Of a stretch of DNA of 64,000 nt, positions 11,453-20,436 are shown piece by piece (position 1 is the stretch's first letter; each line of letters opens with the position of its first letter). The translations under genes and the position numbers were made by a program. This DNA is from a virus. Under the pieces are notes generated by a model. It had not been told where the DNA came from. It was given only the letters and a program-made list of their open reading frames with translations, and made no database searches. The stretch is from positions 1-64,000 of IMG/VR virus record IMGVR_UViG_3300017782_000002, one strand, 5' to 3'.

Positions 11453-12316
11453 TTAAAATATATATCTGATTTTATTCCAAGGGATTTTCTTTTTGTGCAG
11501 TCTTTTAAACTGATCTATGTATTCCCTTTTTAATTCATAATTATACCTTATGTTTTTCCCACCATACTGTGACTGTTTAGTCTCTTGTATATTAGGTGTC
11601 CATAAAGTTAGTTCTGTTTCTGGATGTTTTTCTAAGTTAACAACATGCTTACTAAAATTATGTGTTAAGAATATTACTTCTGCTAACACTTCTTTTTTGT
11701 AACCGTGGTCAACATAATCATTCATCATGTCAAACAAAAGCTCATAGTCTTCTAACCATCCATCATAAACTATAACTGGACTGTAGTTGACATGTACATC
11801 ATAACCAGCATCTATAAATGCACTGATAGCTTTTATTCTATCAATAATTTTAGATGTGTTTGGCTCATGTATATCTGCCATTTTTTGTGGCATTAAACTA
11901 AATCTTATACGTATTTTACCTTCAGGGTCAAACGTGGTAAGATTAGGGTTAACATACTTAGTAGCGAAACTACCCATAGCAACTGGGTGCGTCCTAAAAA
12001 ATTCAAATATTCTTTCCCAGTCATGATGCTTTGCATGCAAACAAAAGTCTTCATTACAACTAATATCATATGTTGTAAATTCAGGATGTGTTTGATTAGG
12101 CTTATCTACTGGTGTAAAATATGCATGATTATTTATTTCTGTAAGTATATCTCCAGTGTTTTTTGCAACACTTAAACCTTTTGGTTTGTGACGTTTCATA
12201 TAACAATATGAACAATCATATAAACAACCGTGACCGAAGCTAGGTGATATAAAATCTGTACTCCTACCTGATGGTCTTATGGTGAAAGTTTTTCTATTTA
12301 CTTTTTTTATTAGCAT
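11453..12316 (-). CDS. splB: Spore photoproduct lyase-like radical SAM protein
   Basis: GCLYDCSYCYM (CxxxCxxC) plus SCNEDF, FATKYVN, RIRFSL and VNYSPVI segments like the SplB family. Confidence 0.8.
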   Translation of the reverse strand: MLIKKVNRKTFTIRPSGRSTDFISPSFGHGCLYDCSYCYMKRHKPKGLSVAKNTGDILTEINNHAYFTPVDKPNQTHPEFTTYDISCNEDFCLHAKHHDWERIFEFFRTHPVAMGSFATKYVNPNLTTFDPEGKIRIRFSLMPQKMADIHEPNTSKIIDRIKAISAFIDAGYDVHVNYSPVIVYDGWLEDYELLFDMMNDYVDHGYKKEVLAEVIFLTHNFSKHVVNLEKHPETELTLWTPNIQETKQSQYGGKNIRYNYELKREYIDQFKRLHKKKIPWNKIRYIF

Positions 12317-12333
12317 ATGATAAAATTGGACCC

Positions 12334-12360
12334 AAAAAAAGGGGACAACAAGGCCCCCTT
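12334..12360 (-). terminator. Intrinsic terminator
   Basis: On - strand AGGGGG-CCTTGTTGT-CCCCT followed by a T run. Confidence 0.7.
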
Positions 12361-12385
12361 AATTTGGAAGAAAGGAAAATTAATC

Positions 12386-12838
12386 CTAAGTGACTATTTC
12401 TAAGTTAGTAGCTTTTTCAGCTGGCATTGGATTACCTGCTGGTGTTACTTCTGACTCAAGGTGTGTTGTATAATCATATGTATCTGCATTAATAGCAAAT
12501 GCATTGATTAAAGTTTTTACCTCTTCTAAGTCATTAACGTAATACTCTTGATAAGTATCCATCATGACTCTTTGTTCTTTAATTTCTTTTCCATTAGGTC
12601 TTTTACCTAGTTTAACTGTAACTTGATCACCGTTGTCATCTAATTTAGGAACCATATGGTAAGAAGGTTTACTTAATTTAGATATGATTGCAAGTATTTT
12701 GCTACTTGGATCAAAGATTGCCTCTACATAAGGGCATTCTGTATTTATAGGGATAAGTTTAAATGTTTTATAAGGTCCCCAGTTAGAGGATACTAAAATC
12801 ATTGACTTTTCAATATTCATTTCTTTCTTTTTTGACAT
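12386..12838 (-). CDS. Hypothetical protein
   Basis: 150-aa ORF with a plausible start. Confidence 0.7.
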   Translation of the reverse strand: MSKKKEMNIEKSMILVSSNWGPYKTFKLIPINTECPYVEAIFDPSSKILAIISKLSKPSYHMVPKLDDNGDQVTVKLGKRPNGKEIKEQRVMMDTYQEYYVNDLEEVKTLINAFAINADTYDYTTHLESEVTPAGNPMPAEKATNLEIVT

Positions 12839-12849
12839 AATAATTAGGT

Positions 12850-13425
12850 TTATTTCTTAGGCAAAGATACATTATCTTTTGTAATAATCTCAATTAGCTT
12901 GACATTTTTTTCTAATGTTTCTTTTTCTAAGTTTGGTGGATCACATACTTCCCAAACATCTGTTATTGATCCTAGTTTAACGTTTAACAATTCTGCATAA
13001 TCTTCATGATAGAATTCAGGGTACATATAACTTTCTACCGTTTCAGCTACAACACCTGCTTGCCCAAAGAACTTTAATATTTTCTTTTTTTCTCTTTCAT
13101 TTATTTTTGAATATACTCCTGTTAGAACAGCTATCCATGTTTGTGGATAATTTCCAAGATCAAAGATATACAAGTGTGTATTATCTTCAAGTTTTTTATA
13201 GTCAAAAAAGTTTTTATTTTTTAATAATCTTTTCTCTTCAAATTCTAAAAAGCCCTTAGTTTGTTTGTGCTTATACACACAAAACAACTTCATATCCCCT
13301 GTAGGGTTATGGTTTTTCCAAGACATGTATGTTTCTTTAGGTATATATTTTGCACCCTTTGCTATTCCTAGCAAGGGATACAAAAATACTTTACTCTTTT
13401 GAAAATAAGTCTTAAAGAGTTTCAT
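12850..13425 (-). CDS. Hypothetical protein
   Basis: 191-aa ORF coupled to the nuclease gene. Confidence 0.7.
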   Translation of the reverse strand: MKLFKTYFQKSKVFLYPLLGIAKGAKYIPKETYMSWKNHNPTGDMKLFCVYKHKQTKGFLEFEEKRLLKNKNFFDYKKLEDNTHLYIFDLGNYPQTWIAVLTGVYSKINEREKKKILKFFGQAGVVAETVESYMYPEFYHEDYAELLNVKLGSITDVWEVCDPPNLEKETLEKNVKLIEIITKDNVSLPKK

Positions 13426-14423
13426 TATAATGATGGATTGTCTTTAAGAAACATATATGGTAGGTCATATCTATTTTCTGTTACATGATATTCAGCTTCA
13501 TCTAAGACGTCAGTCATAGCAAGGCCCCATTCACTCAAAGTGTTCTGTTTAACTGGGAATGCATATATTTGATTATACTTGTCTATTACTATAAAGTTAA
13601 AACTAATTTTATAATCTTTAGCATCTTCTCCTAGGTTTTTAGTAACTAAAACCATATAAACAGCTGCTTGAAGCCAATATTTATAGAAAGAAACAGTTTC
13701 TGGAAAGTCTGTTATAGTTTTTCCAGTTGTTTTAACATCTATAATTTTAACTTCCTTTTTATCATGATCAATAACATATCTGTCAATATAACCCTTAAGT
13801 CCAAAGCTGTAGTTGCCAAGATCACATTCTAAATATGCCTCATTGAACACTTCTAAGTTGTCCATTTCAAAATCAGTTGGTTCATCTTGGAGTAATGCAA
13901 ATACATCTGCATTTTCCTTTATTAATTCAACTGACTCAGTACATTTAACAAATGTATCTTCATCAACTACGTCTTTATCTGTAGTAGAAGCAACAGCATA
14001 GTAGTCATTGCACTCTACAGTGCGGACCTTAGCTATACGTTTAGCTTCATCTTTCAGTGACTGATATAATCCAACTTCTTTAAGTGAGTTTAAGATAATC
14101 CTATCTTCTACTTTATCTAATGTTATAGCGTCAGTATATAATGTGATATTCTTTATAACTTTCTTTAAAGAGTCAGAAGGAAGTTTAGATGGCATCAGCA
14201 CAAACTGATTGTTAAACTCCTCTGGTTGTAATAATAATAAATGAATTAGTTTACCTGCAATAAGATGCTTGTCTAACCTTTCCTCTTTTTCTTTAAGAAT
14301 ATAATCCTTATAGAATAGAGACGGGGCAAACTGAAGCCTGTTGAGAGAGGAGTAGCTAAATTTAAACTCTCCTTTCTCAATCTTTTGCTTGAAAACCTTT
14401 TCTTTGTTAAGGTCTTTTTTCAT
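13425..14423 (-). CDS. PD-(D/E)XK exonuclease (RecB/Cas4-like)
   Basis: FSYSSL N-terminus, GKLIH, KGYIDRY...IIDVKTT and YWLQAAVY motifs. Confidence 0.85.
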   Translation of the reverse strand: MKKDLNKEKVFKQKIEKGEFKFSYSSLNRLQFAPSLFYKDYILKEKEERLDKHLIAGKLIHLLLLQPEEFNNQFVLMPSKLPSDSLKKVIKNITLYTDAITLDKVEDRIILNSLKEVGLYQSLKDEAKRIAKVRTVECNDYYAVASTTDKDVVDEDTFVKCTESVELIKENADVFALLQDEPTDFEMDNLEVFNEAYLECDLGNYSFGLKGYIDRYVIDHDKKEVKIIDVKTTGKTITDFPETVSFYKYWLQAAVYMVLVTKNLGEDAKDYKISFNFIVIDKYNQIYAFPVKQNTLSEWGLAMTDVLDEAEYHVTENRYDLPYMFLKDNPSL

Positions 14424-14432
14424 AATGTAATT

Positions 14433-15647
14433 TTAAAATGGTAAATCACTTTGCATGTCTAATGCAATTTGTGACAAATCTACATCATTTTTAACTTTAG
14501 CCTTAGCTGCAGGCGCTAGTTTTACTGATGCTTTGTCTAATATAAACATATTATTGTCACTGTTAATACCTGTACTTTGATTTATAACGTTATCAAACAT
14601 TATTGTAATCAAATGTTCAGCAGCATTTACAGTTAACGCTCCGTCTTCAGCTAAATACTGCACACATTGCGAGTATCTATTAGAGTGGTAATGATTGTAT
14701 TCTAAACAATACTTTTCAAACTCACGTCTAAGAGATTTAAAAGCAACCTGATTCCACATAGGCGTACCTCTTAAAGTCTCACTAAAGTGAAAGAATAACA
14801 ATGCCAGGTAAGTTCTAGACTTCTGTATATTACAATTAGACATAATAGACATACCTACAGCTTTATCTTCTTTGTTTGTAGACTTAAGTAAAGAACGTAT
14901 TTGCTTGTAATCTTTACCAGAAAGAACATGAGAGTCCTCAGAAGCAAGATTATTCATAAATACGTCACTTACAAGCATTCCTGTTTTTGAGTTCAAGATC
15001 TCTTCAAAAGTATCCATATGCTCTTCTTTAACTGTGTTAAGATAGCTTTCAGATTTGGTTATTTTTCTAAAATCTTCTAACCACGCCTCTGCAGGATTAG
15101 CCTTATCATTAGTGTATCTATAATAATTATGAGGATTAACACTAACGGGAAATTCTACACCGTGTTCTTCTATTAGCTTTGTAAGATTAGCAATTATAAT
15201 ATCTTTAGCGTTATCAACATACAATGCAGAGTCAGATATGTCTATGAAAGAGAGTATTGAACCTAGTGATGATAGTGACATACGCCAATGTTGCTGTACA
15301 GTTTTCTCAATCATTTTCTGACCAATGATACTAAAATCAGCTTTATCCTTATTAAGAACTTTAGCCATACCATATTTTTGTTTACAGTTATCCATCTTAT
15401 CTCTTGATAAGTTTATGTTAGGATACCTATAATATTTTTTATGTATCTTAGAATCAAAATTGCTTTCACCTTGTTTACACAATGTCTGTGTTAGGTCTTG
15501 AAGCTTTTTTTCTACGTCACTGTAAGAGATGTTTTTGTCAAGAAAAATACTTCTTTTAAAAAGAAATACATCTTTATCTATTTTTGCATCAGTCTTAGAA
15601 AAATCTGTGTAATTTACTGTTAAATGTAAGGATTTATTAATTTTCAT
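14433..15647 (-). CDS. Uncharacterised protein with BRCT-like and helical S..ED motifs; ends in DLPF
   Basis: Shares two motifs with 15637-16671 (see findings). Confidence 0.75.
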   Translation of the reverse strand: MKINKSLHLTVNYTDFSKTDAKIDKDVFLFKRSIFLDKNISYSDVEKKLQDLTQTLCKQGESNFDSKIHKKYYRYPNINLSRDKMDNCKQKYGMAKVLNKDKADFSIIGQKMIEKTVQQHWRMSLSSLGSILSFIDISDSALYVDNAKDIIIANLTKLIEEHGVEFPVSVNPHNYYRYTNDKANPAEAWLEDFRKITKSESYLNTVKEEHMDTFEEILNSKTGMLVSDVFMNNLASEDSHVLSGKDYKQIRSLLKSTNKEDKAVGMSIMSNCNIQKSRTYLALLFFHFSETLRGTPMWNQVAFKSLRREFEKYCLEYNHYHSNRYSQCVQYLAEDGALTVNAAEHLITIMFDNVINQSTGINSDNNMFILDKASVKLAPAAKAKVKNDVDLSQIALDMQSDLPF

Positions 15648-16671
15648 CTTTTTTATTTTTAAAATATTTTCTATATTCTGGTTTTATTTGAACTTTAAAT
15701 ACATACAGTTCTCTATTATGTATACTTATCTCTGATCTAACTATGGGTTCTAACATCTTAAATGTTTTCTTATCTAGTTCACCAGTTTGTTCAAAGTATA
15801 ATATAGCATCTTGTGCACTCATACGTGAAAGTTTTCTTATCCTAGCTTTCTCTGCCCAATAAGTAATGTCTTTATTTCTAAAGTCATAGTCTATTCTTTG
15901 AGCAGCTTCACCGGCTAACTTCCACATAAGACCTGGTTCATATCTATAATCAATTGTAGGTAATATAGTACCTGCCATTTCTCTATCTTCTCTACTATTT
16001 AACATTGCTGTAAGCTGATCAACTAGCTCAGGCGTCAAACGTTGTTTAGTATTAGAAGAATTCATTACAGTTTCTACATCAACTACTTGCATATCTCCAT
16101 CTTTAATCTTGCTAGCAAGTTCAATAGCTAGGCCGGATATACCATATAAATCATATTCTGCTGATTCATAGTCACAATTATATAATGGACAAGAGTTTTT
16201 TACTTTATCACAATAAATAGTCCAGTTACCTGTTCTATCAAAGTAATCTTCAGCAAAACCTTCTTTAAGTATATACATGTTAGTTTTATGATGTAACGGT
16301 TTTGTAGTTCTAAACGTTGAGTCATGCTCATCTGCGCACAAACCATCATTTACTAATACATCTGCCAACTCATAATCATTAGTGACAACTACCTTATGTT
16401 CTCTAAGAGCTTCTTTAAGTCTATCAGCACTCATACCTACACCAGGCATTATAAAAGCTTTCTTGGCCGTAGATAGATCATCAGTAGTCTCATCTTCTAA
16501 TGTACCTTTTATCTCAGTATAATCAGAATAAGATTCAGTAACTAAAATAGTTTGTATGTTATTACCAGCAGTATCAGTTGGTATACCATACTGTGTAATA
16601 CAATCTACATCATATCCTAAGTCTTCATATTTTTGTAAATCAATGTCTTGAAATATTGTCTTCTTTGCCAT
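15637..16671 (-). CDS. Uncharacterised protein, distant paralogue of 14433-15647
   Basis: KKAFIMPGVGMSADRL...LADVLV and LTPELVDQLTAMLNSREDRE motifs. Confidence 0.75.
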   Translation of the reverse strand: MAKKTIFQDIDLQKYEDLGYDVDCITQYGIPTDTAGNNIQTILVTESYSDYTEIKGTLEDETTDDLSTAKKAFIMPGVGMSADRLKEALREHKVVVTNDYELADVLVNDGLCADEHDSTFRTTKPLHHKTNMYILKEGFAEDYFDRTGNWTIYCDKVKNSCPLYNCDYESAEYDLYGISGLAIELASKIKDGDMQVVDVETVMNSSNTKQRLTPELVDQLTAMLNSREDREMAGTILPTIDYRYEPGLMWKLAGEAAQRIDYDFRNKDITYWAEKARIRKLSRMSAQDAILYFEQTGELDKKTFKMLEPIVRSEISIHNRELYVFKVQIKPEYRKYFKNKKDEN

Positions 16672-16672
16672 G

Positions 16673-16933
16673 TTAAACTATTTTTGCTAGGATATGTGAC
16701 TCTTCTAGTATAATAAGATCATTGTCTTCAAAGTTAATCTTCTGACCCGCATACTCTCCGTATACTACAGTGTCTCCAACTTCAACAACATCACTACTAG
16801 TTTCTATAACTAATCCCATTAATGGTTTCTTTTGATTTGCGTCAGGAATAATAAGTCCTTGGGCTGTCTTTTCTTCAGCCTTTATAGTTGTTATAATAAT
16901 TCTCTTTCCTACAGGAATAATTTGTTTAGCCAT
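16673..16933 (-). CDS. groES: Co-chaperonin GroES (start at MAKQIIP)
   Basis: PVGKRIII, mobile loop EEKTAQGLIIP, VEVGDTVVYGEYAG and LEESHILAKI motifs. Confidence 0.93.
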   Translation of the reverse strand: MAKQIIPVGKRIIITTIKAEEKTAQGLIIPDANQKKPLMGLVIETSSDVVEVGDTVVYGEYAGQKINFEDNDLIILEESHILAKIV

Positions 16934-16953
16934 AATTTTTGTGTTGTAAATAC

Positions 16954-16973
16954 GGGGAGACATAAGCCTCCCC
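16954..16973 (-). terminator. Hairpin between the MoxR gene and groES
   Basis: GGGAGGC-TTAT-GTCTCCC on - strand with a weak U tract; may be a processing or stability hairpin. Confidence 0.45.
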
Positions 16974-16987
16974 ACATTCAGGTTAAT

Positions 16988-18250
16988 TTATTTTACAGTC
17001 ATCTTAATGATCTGCGGGTTCATCATCATCTTGTTAAATTTCTGCTTGTTACCACTGTAAATAGTTCTTACAATAAGATATTGCAGGTCATCAGCAAAAT
17101 GATTACTAGTACATAACTCAATCAATCTATCAGTAATCTTCTTATTGATTGTGTTTTCTGTAGAATATACTACAGCATAGTTAGCTAATCTTGTAGCTAA
17201 TGCAGATGCAATATCAGCACGATATGCATCATCTTTACCAATTGCTGAAGTTAGCAAGCCTGTTACATATGCATCATTCTCATTAGTTAAAAGATCCTTT
17301 GGTGTAGGTAACTTATCTAACTTGTTGTTAATGAACATAGTAAACATAGAAGAAAATTCATCTCCTACTGAACCTTCACCAATCATTTGGATTAGCGCCA
17401 AGCTATCAGAAAAACTTTCTATACCAGAAATAGCATTAAAGAATGTAGATATAGATCTAGCATTAGTCTCTTGCGTAACTAGTTCAGGATTTAACAATAA
17501 GAAGTTAATACATCTTGTGTCAATGCCTTCTGCTTCTGCCCACTTAGCCCACACATCTATATCAAACTTAAGATTAGCTGTAATATAACGTGTTTTCTGT
17601 GCTGCATCTACAGAATTTACCATGTAGTCACCATTATCCGGGTTAGCTGTTAAGATAATATGCCAGTCTTTAGGTAAAGCCCATGAGATATAAGTCTGAC
17701 GGTCAACTAATTCCATAACTGCCTGAATAAATCTGACATCTGCACGGTTCCAGTCATCTAACAATAGTATACCGCCTGCTTTTTTATCAGCAATCCATTC
17801 TGGTGCACAATAAGACATTCTGTTCTTACCGGTCATTTTCCAACCACTCTTAAGATAATCAGATACAGCTAACTCGTCAACCCACTGACCAACTTTCTTA
17901 GTAACAGGTGCAGTCATTTTAGCTAGATCTTCTGATGCTGCTAATCTAGAGTTATAATTTAGATCATTACTCTTAGAAGGTATTTGTTTCTCTCTATACA
18001 TTTGAAACTGTCTAACAGGAAAACCTACAAGGTCACCTAACTCTTCTATCTGTGCTAAGTTTAACTTAACAAAATCTAATTCATGCTTCTTAGCCATATC
18101 CATAATACTAGTAGTTTTACCTATACCGGATTCACCTACTACTTCAATTGCCACAGGCTTCTTGCCTTGGTCTTGTAAAAATCTGTTGTTTGTAATGATG
18201 TGATTTACAAATCCATCTAGTTCCTCAATGTTTAAATTTACTTGAGCCAT
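16988..18250 (-). CDS. MoxR-type AAA+ ATPase
   Basis: Walker A GESGIGKTT, LAQIEELGDLVGFP, Walker B ILLLDDWNRAD, sensor LTANP, DAAQKTR. Confidence 0.85.
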   Translation of the reverse strand: MAQVNLNIEELDGFVNHIITNNRFLQDQGKKPVAIEVVGESGIGKTTSIMDMAKKHELDFVKLNLAQIEELGDLVGFPVRQFQMYREKQIPSKSNDLNYNSRLAASEDLAKMTAPVTKKVGQWVDELAVSDYLKSGWKMTGKNRMSYCAPEWIADKKAGGILLLDDWNRADVRFIQAVMELVDRQTYISWALPKDWHIILTANPDNGDYMVNSVDAAQKTRYITANLKFDIDVWAKWAEAEGIDTRCINFLLLNPELVTQETNARSISTFFNAISGIESFSDSLALIQMIGEGSVGDEFSSMFTMFINNKLDKLPTPKDLLTNENDAYVTGLLTSAIGKDDAYRADIASALATRLANYAVVYSTENTINKKITDRLIELCTSNHFADDLQYLIVRTIYSGNKQKFNKMMMNPQIIKMTVK

Positions 18251-18271
18251 AATTTCCTTTCTTTTTTTTGG

Positions 18272-19426
18272 TTAATTAATTTGAATTTTTTGTCCTGGTA
18301 ACTCTTCATTGATGCTACATCTTGAACTGTGTACCCACAAGGCATTTTTTGGACAGTCTTCTGGTGGATATGCCTCACCATCTGTTAAATATATAAGAGC
18401 AGTATAATCTTTTTCATTATAATGATCAATGACAGGTTGGAAGCTTGTGCCACCCCTGCCTTTTATGTCCCAATCCTTTTTAGGATTGAATATCTCAACT
18501 GAATTAATTTCTGTATCACATTGTACTACAGTAATTTGATGTCCAGTTTTGTGCATATGGCACAACTCATTCATAAATTCTTGTAGTTCACTGTTAGATA
18601 CTGAGCCAGATGTATCTACACCTACACAAATATGATTCTTAAACTTAATCTTAAGGCCAGGATTACCTGTATACCTTTTATTATATTTACGTCTAAGCTT
18701 CTTTGTATAAGAAATAGATGAATTACCAACAAATCTTCTTAAGTATTGTTTCCACGGGAATGCCGGTGGTTCAATAGTCATAAGTCTTCTGATAGTATCA
18801 GCAAGTTCTCCAGGTACATTACCTTGTCTCTTGACTGTTTGCTCAGCAGTTTCTTTAAGTTGGTGCTCTATCTGTTTCTGTACTAGTTTCTTGTCAGCTT
18901 CAGATAACTCATCAAACTCATCCCATGTAGGATGGTCATATGCACTGTTACCATTCATTTGATTAAGTATATTATCTAGTGCGCTACAGTTACCCTGTTG
19001 CTGGGCTTTTTCTAGCTTCTCATAATAATATGTAGTACCTGCTCTTGAGTCTAGATTTAGATCAGCAAACATTTCCATAGTTATACCACCTTCAGGTAGG
19101 CAATCACTTTCAATGTATTGATTAATTTCTAAATCTGCAGCTATATTAAATAGCTTATGACATTTAAACCGGTCTCTCATTATTAAGTGACCAAATGATA
19201 CATGCAGCAGCTCGTGCTTTAGTAATCCTATTTGTTGTTTCTCATTAAGACCCTCAAAGAATTCAGGGTTTACGGCTAACTGTACGTTAATCCCATGCTT
19301 ACTAACACCTGCTGTAGGTATAGTTTTAATATATTTTTTGTTAAGTCCTATAAGAAAGTAACCGTAAAAAGGTTCTTTCAGCATCAACGACTTACTTGCT
19401 TTGGCTAATTGTTCTATTGCTTTCAT
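18272..19426 (-). CDS. Metallopeptidase-vWA protein (DUF2201-like)
   Basis: HELLH (HExxH), FNIAADLEINQ, MIDAS VDTSGSVS, GRGGTSF and YLTDGE. Confidence 0.88.
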   Translation of the reverse strand: MKAIEQLAKASKSLMLKEPFYGYFLIGLNKKYIKTIPTAGVSKHGINVQLAVNPEFFEGLNEKQQIGLLKHELLHVSFGHLIMRDRFKCHKLFNIAADLEINQYIESDCLPEGGITMEMFADLNLDSRAGTTYYYEKLEKAQQQGNCSALDNILNQMNGNSAYDHPTWDEFDELSEADKKLVQKQIEHQLKETAEQTVKRQGNVPGELADTIRRLMTIEPPAFPWKQYLRRFVGNSSISYTKKLRRKYNKRYTGNPGLKIKFKNHICVGVDTSGSVSNSELQEFMNELCHMHKTGHQITVVQCDTEINSVEIFNPKKDWDIKGRGGTSFQPVIDHYNEKDYTALIYLTDGEAYPPEDCPKNALWVHSSRCSINEELPGQKIQIN

Positions 19427-19491
19427 ATTGATCTTATTATATGCGTGTTAGGTTGTTCATCACCAGGGTCAGATATTATAACTTCATTCAT
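19423..19491 (-). CDS. 22-aa peptide MNEVIISDPGDEQPNTHIIRSI (not in ORF track)
   Basis: ATGA overlaps at both ends, with the 19488 stop and the 19426 start. Confidence 0.6.
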   Translation of the reverse strand: MNEVIISDPGDEQPNTHIIRSI

Positions 19492-19685
19492 AACCCTAGT
19501 CTTTCTTCATCCATTCTATCTTCTGCTATATCATCCAAGCGTCTTTGTCTATATTCATAGTCTTCTATAGGTTCATTGAACGCTTCTTTACAATTGTGAT
19601 TGTCACAAATGTAGATGTCATAGCCTTCATCATCTACATGATCGCTGTAATCTCCCCCACAGCAAGGGCTTACTAGTTCTGCCAT
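19488..19685 (-). CDS. Small acidic zinc-ribbon-like protein
   Basis: SPCCGG...ICDNHNCKE. Confidence 0.6.
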   Translation of the reverse strand: MAELVSPCCGGDYSDHVDDEGYDIYICDNHNCKEAFNEPIEDYEYRQRRLDDIAEDRMDEERLGL

Positions 19686-20074
19686 TTTATTTTTAATTTA
19701 ATTGGTTTAATATTCTTTCCTATTCCTTCATTTATTAATTTCTGGTTCACATAATTAGTAAATTCCTGCTCTATTATATCTCTATACTTAACGTATTCTT
19801 TATTAGCTATTAGATAATCCATAATAACTGACCAAGTTAATCTATTATTAATAGACCACTTTCCTTCTTCTTTTTGCGTTATTAAGAATTTTCTAGTTCT
19901 AATTTCATGGCACTGTTTTTTCAATATTACAGTGAGTAGCTCAGGTGGATCCATTGCAAACCATGTCTTTAGACCAATAAAAAAGTCCTCATCATCAGAG
20001 GACCTTATTAATTTAACTATGTTGTTATATATATCAAGTGTTATCTCTATCTTTTCTTCTATTTCTTTTGTCAT
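19673..20074 (-). CDS. Hypothetical protein carrying the helical S..ED motif
   Basis: ITLDIYNNIVKLIRSSDDEDFFIGL aligns with the 14433 and 15637 proteins. Confidence 0.65.
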   Translation of the reverse strand: MTKEIEEKIEITLDIYNNIVKLIRSSDDEDFFIGLKTWFAMDPPELLTVILKKQCHEIRTRKFLITQKEEGKWSINNRLTWSVIMDYLIANKEYVKYRDIIEQEFTNYVNQKLINEGIGKNIKPIKLKIKWQN

Positions 20075-20432
20075 TTAAATTAATTATTACTCCTGCATTT
20101 TCTTTGTCATACTCATATGGTTCAAACACAGGTATGATATATTCACAATTGTCATCAGGTATCCATTCATGCTTTTGCATGTCATCCTGTACTGTCTGTA
20201 AAGGATTAACGTAATCAAACTTACGTCTGCTATTCCTAATAAACTTAAAGGTTACATACACGGGTAACTCCAATTGATTGAATTCTTTAACAAAGGACTC
20301 TTTCAACTCTATATAAGAAGCATTAGTGGCCTGTCTGTATTTAGTAACTGTCTTACTAGTTATAAAATACTTACCTGTCCATTGCCTGCTGTTCTTAGAG
20401 CTTGGTGTGTTACCCGGTATAAACCATTCCAT
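20034..20432 (-). CDS. RusA-like Holliday junction resolvase
   Basis: IPGNTPSSKNSRQW...RRKFDYVNPLQTVQDDM..IPDDN. Confidence 0.7.
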   Translation of the reverse strand: MEWFIPGNTPSSKNSRQWTGKYFITSKTVTKYRQATNASYIELKESFVKEFNQLELPVYVTFKFIRNSRRKFDYVNPLQTVQDDMQKHEWIPDDNCEYIIPVFEPYEYDKENAGVIINLNDKRNRRKDRDNT

Positions 20433-20436
20433 AATA

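Noticed and set aside
13425-14423. Cas4 of a CRISPR system
   Set aside because: No cas1/cas2 or array is present, and no Fe-S Cys cluster. Context fits a phage recombination exonuclease.
16934-16975. N-terminal extension of GroES in the ORF track (MGRLMSPRIYNTKI)
   Set aside because: It coincides with the intergenic hairpin; GroES homology starts at MAKQIIP (16933).
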